Source: Octopus vulgaris (taxonomy: Eukaryota). From it: 64,000 nucleotides of DNA. The stretch spans positions 90,644,001 to 90,708,000 of the forward strand of contig OX597819.1 in NCBI GenBank assembly GCA_951406725.2, given 5' to 3'. The notes under the pieces were generated by a model, which saw only the letters and a program-made list of their open reading frames with translations, searched no databases and was not told the origin of the DNA. The position numbers and the translations under genes are program-made. How positions within the stretch are numbered: position 1 is the first letter of the stretch; every line of letters starts with the position of its first letter. Positions 27,721 to 41,725 of this stretch are shown here, in pieces.

Positions 27721-30110
27721 TTCTGACTGGAAAACATTCCATTGCTTTATTCCCCGGTAATTGAAATGACTATTAAAAGAAAATGTTTATGTGAAATGGC
27801 TTTGCAAAAAGTTTCACTCAGTAATATAGTCTCTTTCGAGAGATGTAATTGGAGTAAAATAATATAAAGACAATCTGATATATTAATTATGCAAGCATTA
27901 AATTATTTTAATGTTTATGGAATTATGTTTAATATCTTAAACTAAAATAATTACATAATTTTGAAATGTGTTCCAAAGTGCTAATAAATTTCTATCACAG
28001 TTTATGTAAATTTACAAATTTAAATATAACAAAAACAGCAAAAAACAAAACATTAAACCAGTGGAAAATGTCTGTAATAATTTATTCAATAAATCATTTA
28101 GGTTTTATTGGACAGCAGTAGCTTCTGAATTCAGTTTTTATTTGTCAGTTACAGTACCTGCTTGATCTTTTATAATTATGTGTGCACCAGTATTTTACTC
28201 AATAATTCTCATAATTGGCCAGTGTTGTGTAGAGTTGAAATTATGATATTTATAGAAACTGTAAAATTTCTCATTTGGTTTTGTAAATTATAGTCAATCT
28301 AAATTTACTGCCATTTCTCCCCTCCTGTTTAATTAGAATGGAAGGTATATGAACAGCATATGTTTACTGCCATTTAGACAAATGGATGTTGCTCTGCAAT
28401 ACCATACTACATAGCAATTCCCACTTATCAAAATGGAGGTATATATGAAAAAAATAAAATTGTGTATATATTTTTTAGGTACAAGATTATTCAACTGTCA
28501 TTGTAACTAAGCTCACTAATGGTGACTTGAAGAGGGAATCCCTGAATAAGATACTTTTAAGGTGTTCTGCTTTCATAATTAATTTTATATAACATTAATG
28601 GAAAATTAAAACTCTAAGGCATCAAAAACCTGTAATTGTCTTCTTTAACTTAATTCAGAACTTAAAAGAACTATATGAAAAATATCTTAAATGTATGTGA
28701 TTTCTTGGACAGATTTTGTTACTTAAACTACTTTTTTTTTTAATCTGTTCTGAACAAAAAGCCAGCAGCATACAGTTTTGAAAGCATAGTTATTAATTTG
28801 GAAGGAAATTTGATATGCTATGTAAGATTGATCTGAATAATGTCATTTTGAAAGTGTACCACAAGGATGGTTCATTAAAATTGAAAAATATTTTCAAATG
28901 AGATGGTGTTTAATACATTAATTCGACATCAGAGAAATAGATTTTATTTGGAATAATTCTGTTTCTCTCAAAAGACCACAGCCAAATAAGTTGAGTTAAA
29001 CAAAAAAAAAAAAAATTATGAATATCAACATTCATATGATTAAGTATAGACACAGAATGCTTTCTTGCTACTTATAGATTGCGAAAATCATCAGAAGTAT
29101 ATAATACTGTGATTGGAAATGTTAAATTGGAAAATGAAGTCCAGACCTCAGCATTACTCTTATTTTCATAAATATTTTTGAAGGACAAATGGTAAAAGGC
29201 AATTCTGAAAGCATAATTAACCCATATCAATCATGGGGAGGAGGAAGTCCTTACGAATGTTGGTGCAATGAATAGCAATCTTAATTCTCATTTTTGTAGG
29301 GTCCCCGCCCTTTTTTTTTTTTGTTCAATAAAATAAATGATTACCCCCCATCCATTATATTTTGGTTTTATTAAAAAATTAATTTTATGATATATGTTCG
29401 CAACAAAGTTTTTATGCAGATGTCAAACATTTGTATGATTATCATATAGGCGAAAGGTAAAGTCAGTAATTAAATAAAAGAAACTTTCTTGAATGTATTA
29501 AAATATAGACAATTATATATAAAGTCCATACTTTAATCAAAATAATATTTTCAATCTAAAAACTGAAGCATGAACAGCATTATTCATGTCTGCCCAATTG
29601 TTTTCCTTAGGTAATATGCTATCACATAAGTTTACTGTGAGTAAAACTCAAAAATTTTAACATTGGTGTTGGGATTGCAAATTTGGTTTCATTTCAATTA
29701 TTTCCATAATGCAGTGCTTTCTAACAGCAAGATTATATTAGAATTAATAATTTGTATTCAAGCACTTACAAATTATTATTATTCACTTGGGATCCAAAGG
29801 GAATAACAATGATGTTAAAAGGAGAAACTTATAATAGCAAATGAATAGCATCTCCCCATTCTATTTCTCACCAAAATATCTTCATTCTTAATTACGATGC
29901 TATATCAGTAATTCAGCAATACTGTTCCTTTCATGTAAAGTGCCTGGAATTAGACACACTGAATTCTGGGGCAATACTTTCTGCAACAAAAATTTAATTT
30001 TTTTTTTCCTTTCCTTATTGAACGCATCAGAAAGTAATTATCTTTTTACTTCTCTTTATGTAAATTGGTTTCTCAAGTTGTTCTGAACCAAACATACATC
30101 TTTCTTTCTT

Positions 30111-30282
30111 TCAAGGAACAGCAAATTGTGATTTCAAGTAGGTATTAACTATAGTTTCATCTTCTTTCATATAAACGGGAATTTTTTCATATGGTTTAGG
30201 ATCCAAGTCAATAATAGCCAAGGAATGCTTATAGGGCTGTCCAAAGCAGTCTGTTAAATAAGAGACACCTGACATATCCGAA
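30111..30282 (-). CDS. IPPK: Inositol-pentakisphosphate 2-kinase, last coding exon
   Basis: tttcag| then SDMSGVSYLTDCFGQPYKHSLAIIDLDPKPYEKIPVYMKEDETIVNTYLKSQFAVP-TGA. Contains the DLDxKP motif. Confidence 0.94.
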
Positions 30283-31334
30283 CTGAAAAATAAAATTAAA
30301 AGGAAAAAATATATTCAATTCTTAAAAAAAATAAAATAATAATATTACAAAAACAATGACCACAACAGGTTTAAATCAGAAGGCTATTTAAAATAATTGG
30401 TAACAATAATTCTGTATAATATTGGAATTGGAGGGCAGTACATAGTTTAGTGGTTAGGGCGTTGTACTCATGATAGTGAAATTCTGGGTTCAATTCCAAG
30501 ACCTGATGATGCGTTATGTTCTTGAGCAAAACACTTTATTTTGCACTGCTCCATTGACATCTGATGTGTGGCATACAATGTTGATTTGATGAAGGGAGTG
30601 GGCTTATGTGCACTATAAACACACCATTATTGCAGATTGTTTTGCAAGAAATTGCAGAACTATCTTTCTCAAGCATGAAAAACTACAATTATATAATTGG
30701 AAGTAGACTGCTGTGGAGAAATGGCATAGTGCTAGGCTAAATGCATAAAATATTCAATTTCATCCTTCAATATTTCTAATTCAAATCTAGTTTTTTCCTT
30801 TTTCCAGTTCACCCCAATAACTATCTATGCATTCCAGCCTTTCTATTGTCTACATTCTGGCCAGTTTTTGACACAAATTTACATTAACCTAATTTAAGGC
30901 TTGCTATCTGTTTCATTCACAAATTACACTACTATACAAACAATGTAAACACATAACCAATCATATAATAAAATGTTGGTGCAATGTGAGAAAGAAAATC
31001 TAATACTTAGAGTAGTGACTTTCATTGATGAGAAAAATCTTGGAGATTTTAGTATCTGAAAGAGATAATGGGATGTCATTCGACTTTTTTTTTCTTCTTT
31101 ACATTCCTGTGCATTTTCTTGTAAATTTAAGGTGGCAAATATATTCAGTAAGAATTCAGTTCCTGGTTAGCTGAGATAGCAACCCAGATTGGATTCCTGA
31201 TTGAAACTATTTCATTTCCTCTCTGATTGTAAGACTCTTGAGATGATATTACAATCAAATGATTCTCTCACCTGTGTAAATTTGAGATCTTTAATGAAAG
31301 GAATTTAAATAAATTAAAAAAAAAAAAAAATTAC

Positions 31335-31408
31335 CGATTATCTTGTCTCTGCATAGCAAGAATAATGGAGCAGTCTTTTACAGTTTGTGCCACAAGAAAT
31401 TGTTTCAC
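31335..31408 (-). CDS. IPPK: IPPK exon (KDCS catalytic motif)
   Basis: tgcag|...|gtaatt. VKQFLVAQTVKDCSIILAMQRQDN(R), 74 nt. Confidence 0.95.
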
Positions 31409-31440
31409 CTGCAAAAACAAAGCAAAAATATTTTTATTAA

Positions 31441-32475
31441 TTGGATGCACCCAGTGTAAGCTATCATCACACGAGGTGCAGTAATGTTAAAGGAAGGTTA
31501 AGGAAAATAGCTTTTGTGTGTGGAAGATGCACAGGTACAATAAACACCAAAAATGTACAGAAAATAGATTCCATCAACTGCCAGTGGGGTAAGCTAGAGG
31601 TAGTAGATAGCTTCTGTTATCTAGGTGACCAAGTTAGTAGTGGAGGTGAATGCTCTGAGAGCATAGCTGCAAGAATAAGAACAGGCTGGGCAAAGTTCAC
31701 AGAGAGCTCCTACCTTTGCTGGCAACAACAGGCCTCTCTCTCAGAGTGAAAGGCAGATTGTATGATGCCTGTGTGTGAACAGCTATCCTTCATAGCAGTG
31801 AAACTGGCTCTGACAGCTTAGGACATGTGTGGGCTTGAAAGAAGTGCATGCAACCAGTATGCTTCACTGGATGTGCTATATCAGTTTGCATTTTCAACAG
31901 AGTGTAAGCATCTTGAGAAAAATGTTGAGCATAAGAGGCATCAGATATGGTGTGCAAGAGAGACGACTGCTGGTATGGTCATGTGATGCATATTGATGAG
32001 GACAGCTGTGTAAAGAAGTGCCTATCTCTAACTGGAGGGAACCTGTGGTAGAGTTAGACCCAGGAAGACATGGGGTAAGGTGATGAAGCATGATCTTTGA
32101 ACTTTGGGCTTCACAGAGGCAATGACTGGTGGCTGAGACCTTTGGCGATATGCTCTGCTTGAGAAGACATGTCAAACCAAGTAAAATCATAGTCATAGCT
32201 GATGCTGGTGTCATGTAAAAAGCACCTTTTGAGTGTTGGGCTGCATGGAGGCAATGACTGAGACCTATGGCATTACTTTGTGCTTGAGAAGAAGACCCAT
32301 GAAGCCAAGTAAAATTGCAATTGTGGCGGATACAAGTGGCATGTAAAAGCATCCATTACACTCTCAGCTGTAGAAACCATGCCAAATCAGACTGGTGTCT
32401 GCTGCAGCCTTGGTCAAACTATTCAACCCATGCCAGCATGGACAACAGACGTTAAATGATGATGATTATGATGAC
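31441..32475 (+). mobile_element. RTE LINE 3' fragment
   Basis: RCSNVKGRL...FVCGRC...VVDSFCYLGDQVSSGG...ARIRTGWAKF, followed by a (GAT)n tail. Confidence 0.85.
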
Positions 32476-33929
32476 ATACTAACCAATAAAGGAACCTATA
32501 TGCAGTCTCTTGATCTGCTAAAAATAACAGCCATATTTCTCTCAAATCACATCCTAGTCTTTAAAAGAACATATTTGACAACATAGCCACAGAAAGACAG
32601 GATGGTCAAGCAGATATGTAAAAATCTGATAAATCATAAGTTAAAAAGAATTGAATTATTAATATTTTGTGTAAGAATTTCTACATTTAATTAAACTTCA
32701 TAATGGACAGATAGATCAATAACAACTAGCTCTCCAGAATTCTTTACATGTTTTCTCCATTCAACAGATTAGTCTCAGACAATGATTAACCCCAAAAGTT
32801 CTGTTAAGAAGAAAATTAAATTTTGGTGGAGGCTGTCTGGATTACCAGGCAACTCATAATGAGTTAAATACATGAATATTTACAGTACCACCACTAACAG
32901 TTGTGTCTTGCTTGTAAAGACTCTAAATAATTGAAGTCCAAGAGTTTGATTAATATTTAAAGTATCAGGCCTCAGAATTTTGATAACCATTCATAACAGT
33001 ATCAAACCTGCACCTCAAAAACTAGGTTTCCATGAGAAAGGAAAAAAAATTCAGGAACAAGTGCATTCCATGTAAGTGAAAATCAGGTGCGTGCAAAGTG
33101 GAGGCTGTGCTGGTATGGGTATGTGATGCATGTCGAGATGGCTGCTGAATACAACAGTGTTGAGCACTCCAAGTTATTGGAACCTGTGGCAGAGGGAAAC
33201 CAAGGAAGACCCTGGAATGAAGTGCAACTCTCAGAAGAGATGATAAAGGACCATAATAATACGTGATACTACAGAAGACCTGTCCACCAATGGAAAAATA
33301 CACCTTTAAGAAGCTGTTATATATATGTTCCCCACCAACCCTACCTTCTACCTATCACCTTACATCCTCTTCCCTCCATGATTCCTATCTCTTTACTCCT
33401 CCCTGCCATCTCATTTATTATACTTGTCCTGTTGTTCTACCAATCAGCATACACACTTCGCCATTATTAACCCTTTCCTTTTCCCTTATGTGATTACTAC
33501 TCGGTTACTCTCTCCATCTCCACCACCCTTTCACGACTGTAAATATGTTCCATCTTTCTCTCGGTTACCTGCCTAGAATCATTGCACACTCTTATTCTCC
33601 CTCAGTTATAGGGTCCACTTTAGGCCCTTTACATTAAAATCCAATATAATCGTATTGTATACCATCTGAAAAATATTTGTAGAAAAATTTCACGAAGAAA
33701 ATAAAAATTTTAAAACCCATTTTTCTGGAAGTTATCAACGAATATCAACGAGTTGGTGGGGCACATTTGTGCAGGAATAAATATTTATGAACACAGCTTG
33801 AGAAAAAAGAAAAAGAAAAAGGCTGATCTGCTAAATGGGGACGAAGTCGGATAGAACACAAACGCACGTCTAGAGACACTCGTATACATAGCATTTGTCG
33901 AAAACGATAAAATTATGAATAAACCTCAC

Positions 33930-34041
33930 CTTAATCATTGTATAAAGTATGTCAGAATTTCCTGCATCCTCGATGTTGTTGTTATTAGAAACCACATACC
34001 AGTTGTCCCCCCTGTAAGGACCGTCCAGGCAATACTTTTGT
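33930..34041 (-). CDS. IPPK: IPPK exon
   Basis: tttag|...|gtgagg. QKYCLDGPYRGDNWYVVSNNNNIEDAGNSDILYTMIK has the DGPY motif. Phase 2-0. Confidence 0.9.
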
Positions 34042-35824
34042 CTAAAAAAGAAAAAGATTCGTAAATAACCATGTTTTATTCAAAGGAAAAAAAAAACAAC
34101 AAAAAATGGTACACAAATAATAACGGGGAGAATTAAAACTTTTGTGTGTTTTTTGTTGTTTAATCCCCGCAAAACCTTGATTGAACAAAGTTTTAGTCAC
34201 GAAGTATCTTGTCTTTTGAAGGGTTATCTAAAGACTATATTATCAAATGTGTCCTTGCTTGTTTGAGATAGTGTACTTTGATTCGAGAAATTTTGCTGCT
34301 ATTTCTAGCAAATCAATCGACCGTGTAGGGCTCTCTCCTTGACTTGTATATTTTCTGTTAATGTGTGAAATGTGACAAATATGGTGTGAACAAAACCTCT
34401 GGAACGGTAAGAGTTTCTAGATAGCACCGGTGTACAATACAGTCACAGAGTTATAGGAACAATGACACCACTTAAAACTTTGCAACCATAGTCCATAGTA
34501 AATTTGATGTAATCATCGTCATCATTTTAATATTCACTTTTCCATGCTTGCATGGGTCGGAAGGAATTTATTGAAGTAGATTTTCTATAGCTGCATGCCA
34601 TTCCTGTCACCAACCCCCACCTGTTTCCAAGTAAAGTAATAATCCCTAAGTCTATCGAAAAATGAACAGCTCGGACATAGTTAAGCAGTGAACTGTAAAC
34701 AAGCAACACCGTTTGAACGAGCTTTTTGTTGACAAAGATCGTGCAATATGTCAAGAAACCCAGACATACCTTTGCAGTTGACTGTAAGAAAAGAACACTT
34801 GCCCACAGCCTGTGTATTGTTTATGGTGAGTGAACACAAATGATGGGGAAATATGATTCCGTTCTCCCCCTCCCCTCTCTCATACACACGTATCAATAAG
34901 AATATTTGATAGTATACACCGTTGGGATGGTCACAATGCGCTTCCTTGCCTTCTTGTAGCTTTTGAATGAAGTCATCCCGCTGGCTAGGCAGACAGGCCA
35001 ACATTACCCCCTGAATGGGACGTCAGTTCATTGCAAAGGTTATCCATTTACAGCTGAGTGAACTGGAACAACGCGAAATGAAGTGTTTTGTTCAAGAACA
35101 CAGTATAACGCCAGGTTTGGGAATCGAAACCATGTTCTTACGACCGCGTGTGCAACACCTTAACCACTAGATCATGTGCCTTCACACATAAATTCATTTA
35201 TTTACAAGCTTCTTCATTTTCTGTCAACCAATTTCACTCACAAGGTATTGGCAGACTCATGGCTATAGTGTACAACACCAGCTGACAATATTCATGCTGT
35301 CGTACTGGTCCTCAAGCAACATGGTTACAAAGCAAACTTTTTAACTACACAGCCATGACTAGCCACAGGCATAGCTGTGTTGCATGTGGTTAAGAAGTCT
35401 TTCCTAATCACATGGTTTCAGGTTCAGTCCCACTGCGTAGCAGCTTTGGCAAATGTCTTCTACTACAGTCCAGATTGACCAAAGCCTTGTGAGTGCATTT
35501 GGTAGAGGCATATTAAAAGAAGTCTGTTGTCTATATGTGTGTATGTTTGTCTCTTCTTGTCTTGACATTACACAACACCTTTAAACGAGCCTTACTGTCA
35601 CACAAGTAGTGTCCATTCCCAGTCTCCTGACAAAGTGTGTGGTCATGGGGGAATATTAGCTTGCATGGAATTGGGTGAAGGTTGGCAACATGAATGACAT
35701 CTAGCTATCGATGAATTCTGACTGACCCATGTTAAGCATAGAAAAATGGATGCTAAAACAATGATGACATGATATGTATATAAAAAATCCCTTTACTATA
35801 TATTTTTATTTAGAACTTCTTTAA

Positions 35825-36049
35825 CCCTTTAGCATTCAGATTATTCTGTCACATTGTTTTGAATTAATCAGGCATCGTCTTGCAGCTTTGAGATTTCATA
35901 ATATGATTGCTTATTTTTGAAGGACATTGTAGAATAGGTGTGAGAGGCTGCATATGGCTGGTTTGAACATATCCAGGCCTAAATAATGTACCTGTTTAAC
36001 AGGTAGAATATTTAAGCCTAGATATGGCCAGTTTGAATACTAAAAAGGT
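35825..36049. mobile_element. piggyBac-type MITE (related copies at ~985-1205 and ~39091-39308)
   Basis: TTAA|CCCTTTAGCATTCAGA...TACTAAAAAGG|TTAA. The internal sequence recurs three times in the window. Confidence 0.7.
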
Positions 36050-36169
36050 TAATTGTTCCAGATACTGGAATGTGGCCTTATTGGGGCACTGCTTTTGAAT
36101 GTTTTCGTCAATCATATCAATGCTTCTCAAAAGGATAATTTTTCTCGTTTTTTTGTGTAAAGGTCTTAC

Positions 36170-36712
36170 ATAGGTCTGGTTGCCTATGAGAACTGTTGAT
36201 GACCTTATTCAAACAGCTGAATCTATAGTAGAATTGGAAAAGAAATTCCAAGTGTCAAAGCAAAACCTGGAATTGAAGGATCTCAAATTTAGCATGTAAG
36301 AAAACAGAAAATTGTCTAGCTCAATATGCAGAAATTGTATGCAGTGTACCAAGTGCAAACTATGGACACACAAGAGGTGCAGTGGTATCATAGGCTGGTT
36401 AATGGAAAAAGTAGACTTTGTCCGTGGCAGATGCTGAGTAGCAACAAGCACTAAGAGTGTATCGGAAATAGCTTTCAAATAAAGGCTAGAATAAAAACAG
36501 GCTGGGAAAATTTGAGAGAGCTGTTATCTCTGTTGGTGACAAAAGGTTTCTCTCCCAAAGTGAAAGGCAGATTGTATGGTGCATTCAACCATAGATATCA
36601 TACCAAAGTATACATTGGAACATAATACAGTCCTTTGACTAGTCTGACCCTGTCAAACTGATCAACCCATCAATCTATGCCAGCATGGAAAATGGATGTT
36701 AAAAGATGATGA
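36170..36712 (+). mobile_element. Internally deleted RTE LINE fragment
   Basis: Contains a YxDDL-like region and CxxCKLWTHKRCS, similar to the other RTE copies, with a GAT tail. Confidence 0.7.
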
Positions 36713-36958
36713 TATATATTGGGCATCTGCCAACCAAATTTCACTCATGGTATTGGCAAACCCAAAGTGTAGAGATGATGTCCTAAAGTGCCATGCAATG
36801 GGATTCAACTCAAAATCACATCATTTCGAAGTAAACCACATAGCCACTCATTCAAACCTGTACCCATATAAATATACTCTTTTTGCTTTTATCAAAAATT
36901 TAGACTATCTAGAAAACAGAATAGAACATAGCCAAAAATGTAGTGTTTTTTTCCTCAC

Positions 36959-37097
36959 CTATCTTCAGGATGCTTTTGAAAATGCTTTTGCAATTGTTGA
37001 TAAAGAGGGTAAATTCCTTCTATATCCAAATCATCCAAATACTGAACTGAAAGTATTTTCTCGAGAATGCAACCAGGTGGAAAGTAGTAATCCGTGT
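36959..37097 (-). CDS. IPPK: IPPK exon
   Basis: tacag|...|gtgagg. TDYYFPPGCILEKILSVQYLDDLDIEGIYPLYQQLQKHFQKHPED(R) has the LDxxDIEG motif. Confidence 0.95.
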
Positions 37098-38138
37098 CTG
37101 TAAATATTCAATGTAAAACATAAGGTCATAGTGTGCAAAATATCAAACAACAAAAAGTAATTAGGATCAAATATCAAAGACAAATGTTATCAGGCTCAAA
37201 GGAAAAGTAGGTAAGAAAGTTCAAAAGCAAAAGTGATGATTAGGTTCAGAAAACAAACTCAAGTGTTTTATACTTGAACAAACTTTTTAAATATGTACAT
37301 CAACATAATATATGTGAGAAAAACTGTTGTATCCTTTGTGGGTTACCATAAAAGAAGAATGACATATACACAACAAAGTAAGAACAATATACCTATTGTC
37401 AGCACATCACAGTAAGAGTAGTGAATCTTTAGTTAGCATGCCACAGCAAGCATAGGGTATTGTTCTTTTCACATGTCACAGCAAATGTAGCATATGCTTC
37501 ACATTTCACAGCAAGTGTAGTGTGGTCTTAAAATGTCAAAACAAATGCAGTGCATTTACAGTTGACACACCACAGCAAATAAGATGGTTGTCTCTCATAG
37601 TCCAAGATGGCTCTGCAATTTCTTGCTGAGCAGCCTGCACAACTGATTTGTTTATAGTGATCAAATGTATGTGTTGTACATTAGCTCTCTCTTCTTTCGT
37701 CAAATTGATTTTAATTGAAGAAGTGCATGGAGTATCACATGTCAGGTGTTGAAATAATTGCAGAGCAATATGAGAACGTTTTTGCTCAAGAACACAATGT
37801 ACCACCTGTCCAAGAACTGAAACCACTATCTCACAATCATGAGTGCAACACCCTAACCACTAAGCCATCAGCCCTTGACACAGCAAGTATAGCTTGTTCT
37901 TAGTTAATGTCTCAGCATGTGTAGCTTGCCAACAGCAAGCATAGTGTGTCCTTAGCATGTCACAGTGTACCTACAGTCAACATGACACAGCAGGTGTAGT
38001 GTATCTGCAGTCAGAACATCACAGTATATGTATGCAGTGTGTATTTATTCAACTCATTACAACATGTCTATACATAACAGAAAGAACAGAAACTACTTAA
38101 CTAAGAAACAAGAGGACATGATCAAGCTCAAGATTTAA

Positions 38139-38225
38139 CCTTTAACACACTGCATTTTCTCTGTCCTGTTATTACAGGGGAGAAAACTCATACAGTGACA
38201 TGATGCACTTACAGTGTGTTAAAGG
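38139..38225. mobile_element. 87-bp TTAA-flanked mini-MITE
   Basis: TTAA|CCTTTAACACACTG...CAGTGTGTTAAAGG|TTAA, with a perfect 14-bp TIR. Confidence 0.75.
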
Positions 38226-38909
38226 TTAATATCTTTTCACGTTTTGTTATGGCTTTGTCAGAGATGGTAAGGTTGTGCTCATGGATAGCAGTGACAGTGG
38301 TAATGGGGAACTAAAAAAAGGTAGCCACGGAATGCTTTTTACCAACTCAGGAAAATAAAATATTTACCATACCCCAAGTTTCTTTGGTCTAATATTCATG
38401 TTTTCAAGTTTCTACTAAACATGGTCATGTTGCTGGTATTGTAAGAAGATTATGCTTTATTTGTTTGCTGTTTTGAATTCTCCCTCTTGCTTCTTCCATT
38501 GGTAAATCACATCAGTAGTGTGATAGCCTAATTTAGTTTATGTTTCTTTTATACATTTGTCTTACAGGACTGAAAATGTTTTATGATACCAGTGAAGGCC
38601 TGGTAGTTCTGAAACTTAAAGTGTGAAAAAGCAACAAATTCCACATTATTGATATGGGAAGTCAATATTTCACAGTACATGGTCTTGCCACACGACTGCC
38701 ATTGGTAAACAAACAAACACAGCAGCAAGGATAGTGTAGCTGCAGCAGAGTTCAACTTCTCAACTAGCATCATGGAAGATGCATGGTAATTTTCAAGTTT
38801 TTTTTTCTAAAACAAACAAAGTAAGTCTCCTATGCTACAAAATACAGTAATTAACTGACAGTTTACCAAAAATTAATGATCACTTGTCTGAAAAACATTG
38901 GTTAGTTAC

Positions 38910-39055
38910 CTTCGTCTGGTGTACTTCTGTAACTGCTATTAAGACACCGCTGAGATTGGTTTTGGCTTTTCTGTGAGATATAGTGTACTGGAGTACATGT
39001 ATCCATTGGGTAGTGCAAGGCATCAACAACAAGGTTAATAAAGACATCTAAACAA
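38910..39055 (-). CDS. IPPK: IPPK exon
   Basis: tttcag|...|gtaact. CLDVFINLVVDALHYPMDTCTPVHYISQKSQNQSQRCLNSSYRSTPDE. Phases 2-1 fit both neighbours. Confidence 0.85.
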
Positions 39056-40175
39056 CTGAAAGAAGAATAAAGAACTCATTAGTAATTGAATTAACTCTTT
39101 AGCATTCAGATTTCTCTATCAAATGTAATACTTATTTATTCATATTGTTTTGAATTAATCATGCATTACCTTGTTGCTCTGAGATTTTGATGATGTGATT
39201 GCTTATTTTAAATGCATAGGTATGAGAGGCCAAGATGTAGCTGATTTGAACATAAAACAGGTAGAATATTTTGGCCAGATATGGTTGGTTTAAATGCTAA
39301 AAGATTAAAACAGCTATATAGTCATATCTATCATTGCTGACATAGATCTATGTCAAAGCCACCTTATAACTTTGTAGATTAGTTTCCATTAACATTTTAT
39401 AGTGGTCACGTTTTACACTGTTTTGCTCACAGGAGTTCAAACCAACATAGAGGTAGAGATACGAGTCCAGTTGTAAATTAAAGCAGCTAAAACCTCATGC
39501 TAGAAACTTCAGTAAGTTCCCAAATGTGAGAGTAATACTTTGATGTGAGTCTTACTTCACCTTTAGTTCTGTACAGGAATGCTAGTCTTTGGGGTGTAAC
39601 TTTTGCACCATTAAGTATGTGATGTGGTCAAGAAAGGTCAGATTACAACAAACACAGCAGAAAGAATAGTGTAGCAGCAACTCTAATTATATTTTAATTG
39701 TTGTTTGTCCAACACAAGAGAGGATGAAGTACAAAATTATTTCTCATAATATGAACAGAGTTGTTTCATTGTGTTAGACTGTCATGTCTCCACTGGAGGT
39801 ATTTTCAAGATCTCTGTTTATAGAAGCAGCACAGGTCTGACTGTGAGGTGTCAAGGTTGTCTATGAATAATTGCCTATGTATATATGTTAACAACAAGTG
39901 AAGAATACCATCATCCACATGGAATAGACTGTGAAGAGGTGATGGCAAACAGGTTGTTAATGTAACAAAAGAAAAAAACAAAGTGTTGGGACATAATCTT
40001 GTAGTACTTATAAATATTTTACAAAGCTCATCTAAAATCTTGATTATTTTGAAAATAAAATTAGTCTGTTTCATAGACAGTTAATGTTATGTTCTGGTAT
40101 TTATTCATTTCAAATATTGCACAATGTTAACAAGTTGATAAAATAATTCATAGAAAAACAAATATAAATATTCAC

Positions 40176-40279
40176 CTCATATTAGCATTTTCAGCATTTT
40201 GAACTTGTTCACCTAAAAAATCTCCTAAAATTTCTGAAAGATCTTCTTTTACATATTCACTATAAACTTCTACTCCATT
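40176..40279 (-). CDS. IPPK: IPPK exon
   Basis: tttcag|...|gtgaat. NGVEVYSEYVKEDLSEILGDFLGEQVQNAENANM(S), phase 0-2. Confidence 0.87.
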
Positions 40280-40948
40280 CTGAAATATAAAATGAGTTTC
40301 ACAAGTTGTTTTAAGTGGCTAATTTGACCTGGTTTTTACATTGATACAGCATAGGAAATCAATTTGATTAAATTGACCCAGTGCTTGAATGGTATTTTAT
40401 TTTATTGATTCAGGAAAGATGAAAAAATAAAGTCAACTTCAGTGGGATTTGAACTCATGACCATAAATGCACATAAATGCAATCACCATAACAAAATGTA
40501 TTTGTTGCTGCAGAGGTAGTAAAAAGAAAAAAAAAAGGCACTTTTTCATAATTATTATCTAACTTTTGAAATAGCGGATGCTAAATGCTTAAGATCATTT
40601 CACTCAATTGTTTATAGCATCAAGACAAATATTTTTGATAGCTATTTTAACAAAATCTCTCCATATGTTAGACATACAACTGACATATACTATGATCTGC
40701 TAAATTAACACACATATTTGAATGGTACCCACTCACTAGATCATTGCAAGCCTACTGTGAGTGAGTGAGAGAGAGAGAGGTTTTACTTCACTATTTTTGC
40801 ACCTTTCCTTGTCATCCATGTGCTTGCATGGATTGGAAGGAATTTGTTGACGCAGATTTTTTATGGCTGGGTGCCCTTCCTTTTGCTACCTACAAGTAAG
40901 GTAATATTTTTCCACAGCTTGATGACATGTTTCACATAATATATATAA

Positions 40949-41325
40949 AGGTGCAGGAGTGGCTGTGTGGTAAGTAGCTTCCTTACCAACCACATGGTTT
41001 CAGGTTCAGTCCCACTGTGTGGCACCTTGGGCAAGTGTCTTCTACTATAGTGTTGGGTCGACCAAAGCCTTGTGAGTGGATCTGGTAGACGGAAACTGAA
41101 AGAAGCCCGTCGTACATATATATATATGTGTGTGTGTTTGTCCCCACAACATCACTTGACAACCAATGGTATGTTTACGTCCCTGTAACTTAGTGGTTCA
41201 GCAAAAGAGACCAACAGAATAAGTACTAAGAGATCAAAAGAATAAGTTCTGGGTTCGATTTGCTCAACTAAAGGCAGTGCTCCAGCATAGCCACGGTCAA
41301 ATGACTGAAACAAATAAAAGAATAT
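40949..41325 (+). mobile_element. tRNA-derived SINE family A (other copies at ~1-250, 35367-35760, 46975-47270, 48290-48660, 54322-54660, 54970-55170 and 58710-59040 on +)
   Basis: A-box TGGCTGTGTGG, B-box GGTTCAGTCCC, a central (TA)n(TG)n tract and a 3' end ...AATGACTGAAACAAGTAAAAG, all repeated across the window. Confidence 0.85.
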
Positions 41326-41652
41326 GTATATATATATGTGTGTGTGTGTGTGTTATACTGTGTGCTATGCATACACTTTTGGTTATCATTGCCGTCTTTC
41401 TTTAATTGTTGGTGCTTTCTGTCTTCTCTTTTACCCTTTTCGGAGAAGTAGTGCAACTGAGTGCTGTATACAATAAGCCCATATATATATGTGTGTGTGT
41501 GTGCATGGAAAGACAGAGAAAAGGAAGACTGATAGATAGAAAGAGATATAGAGATACAACAAAAGATAATATTTGAGAAGTATTTATTATAAATTCAACA
41601 AAGCATTGAAGATCAAGCATTCGGAAAATAATTATCAAAAAAATGAACTCAC

Positions 41653-41725
41653 CTTACATATTTTTAAGTTATTCTGTGGTGTATTTAGTAATTCATGGAT
41701 TGCATGACGGACTCGTGATGGGTTT
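41653..41725 (-). CDS. IPPK: IPPK exon (QNN motif)
   Basis: tacag|...|gtgagt. NPSRVRHAIHELLNTPQNNLKICK. Confidence 0.94.

Noticed and set aside
36696-37103. 135-aa plus-strand ORF
   Set aside because: It is a chance frame over a SINE remnant and the antisense of IPPK exon 36959-37097.
38549-38806. Minus ORF after a good acceptor, as a possible extra IPPK exon
   Set aside because: No IPPK similarity, it contains stops before any donor, and the flanking exons already join in phase.
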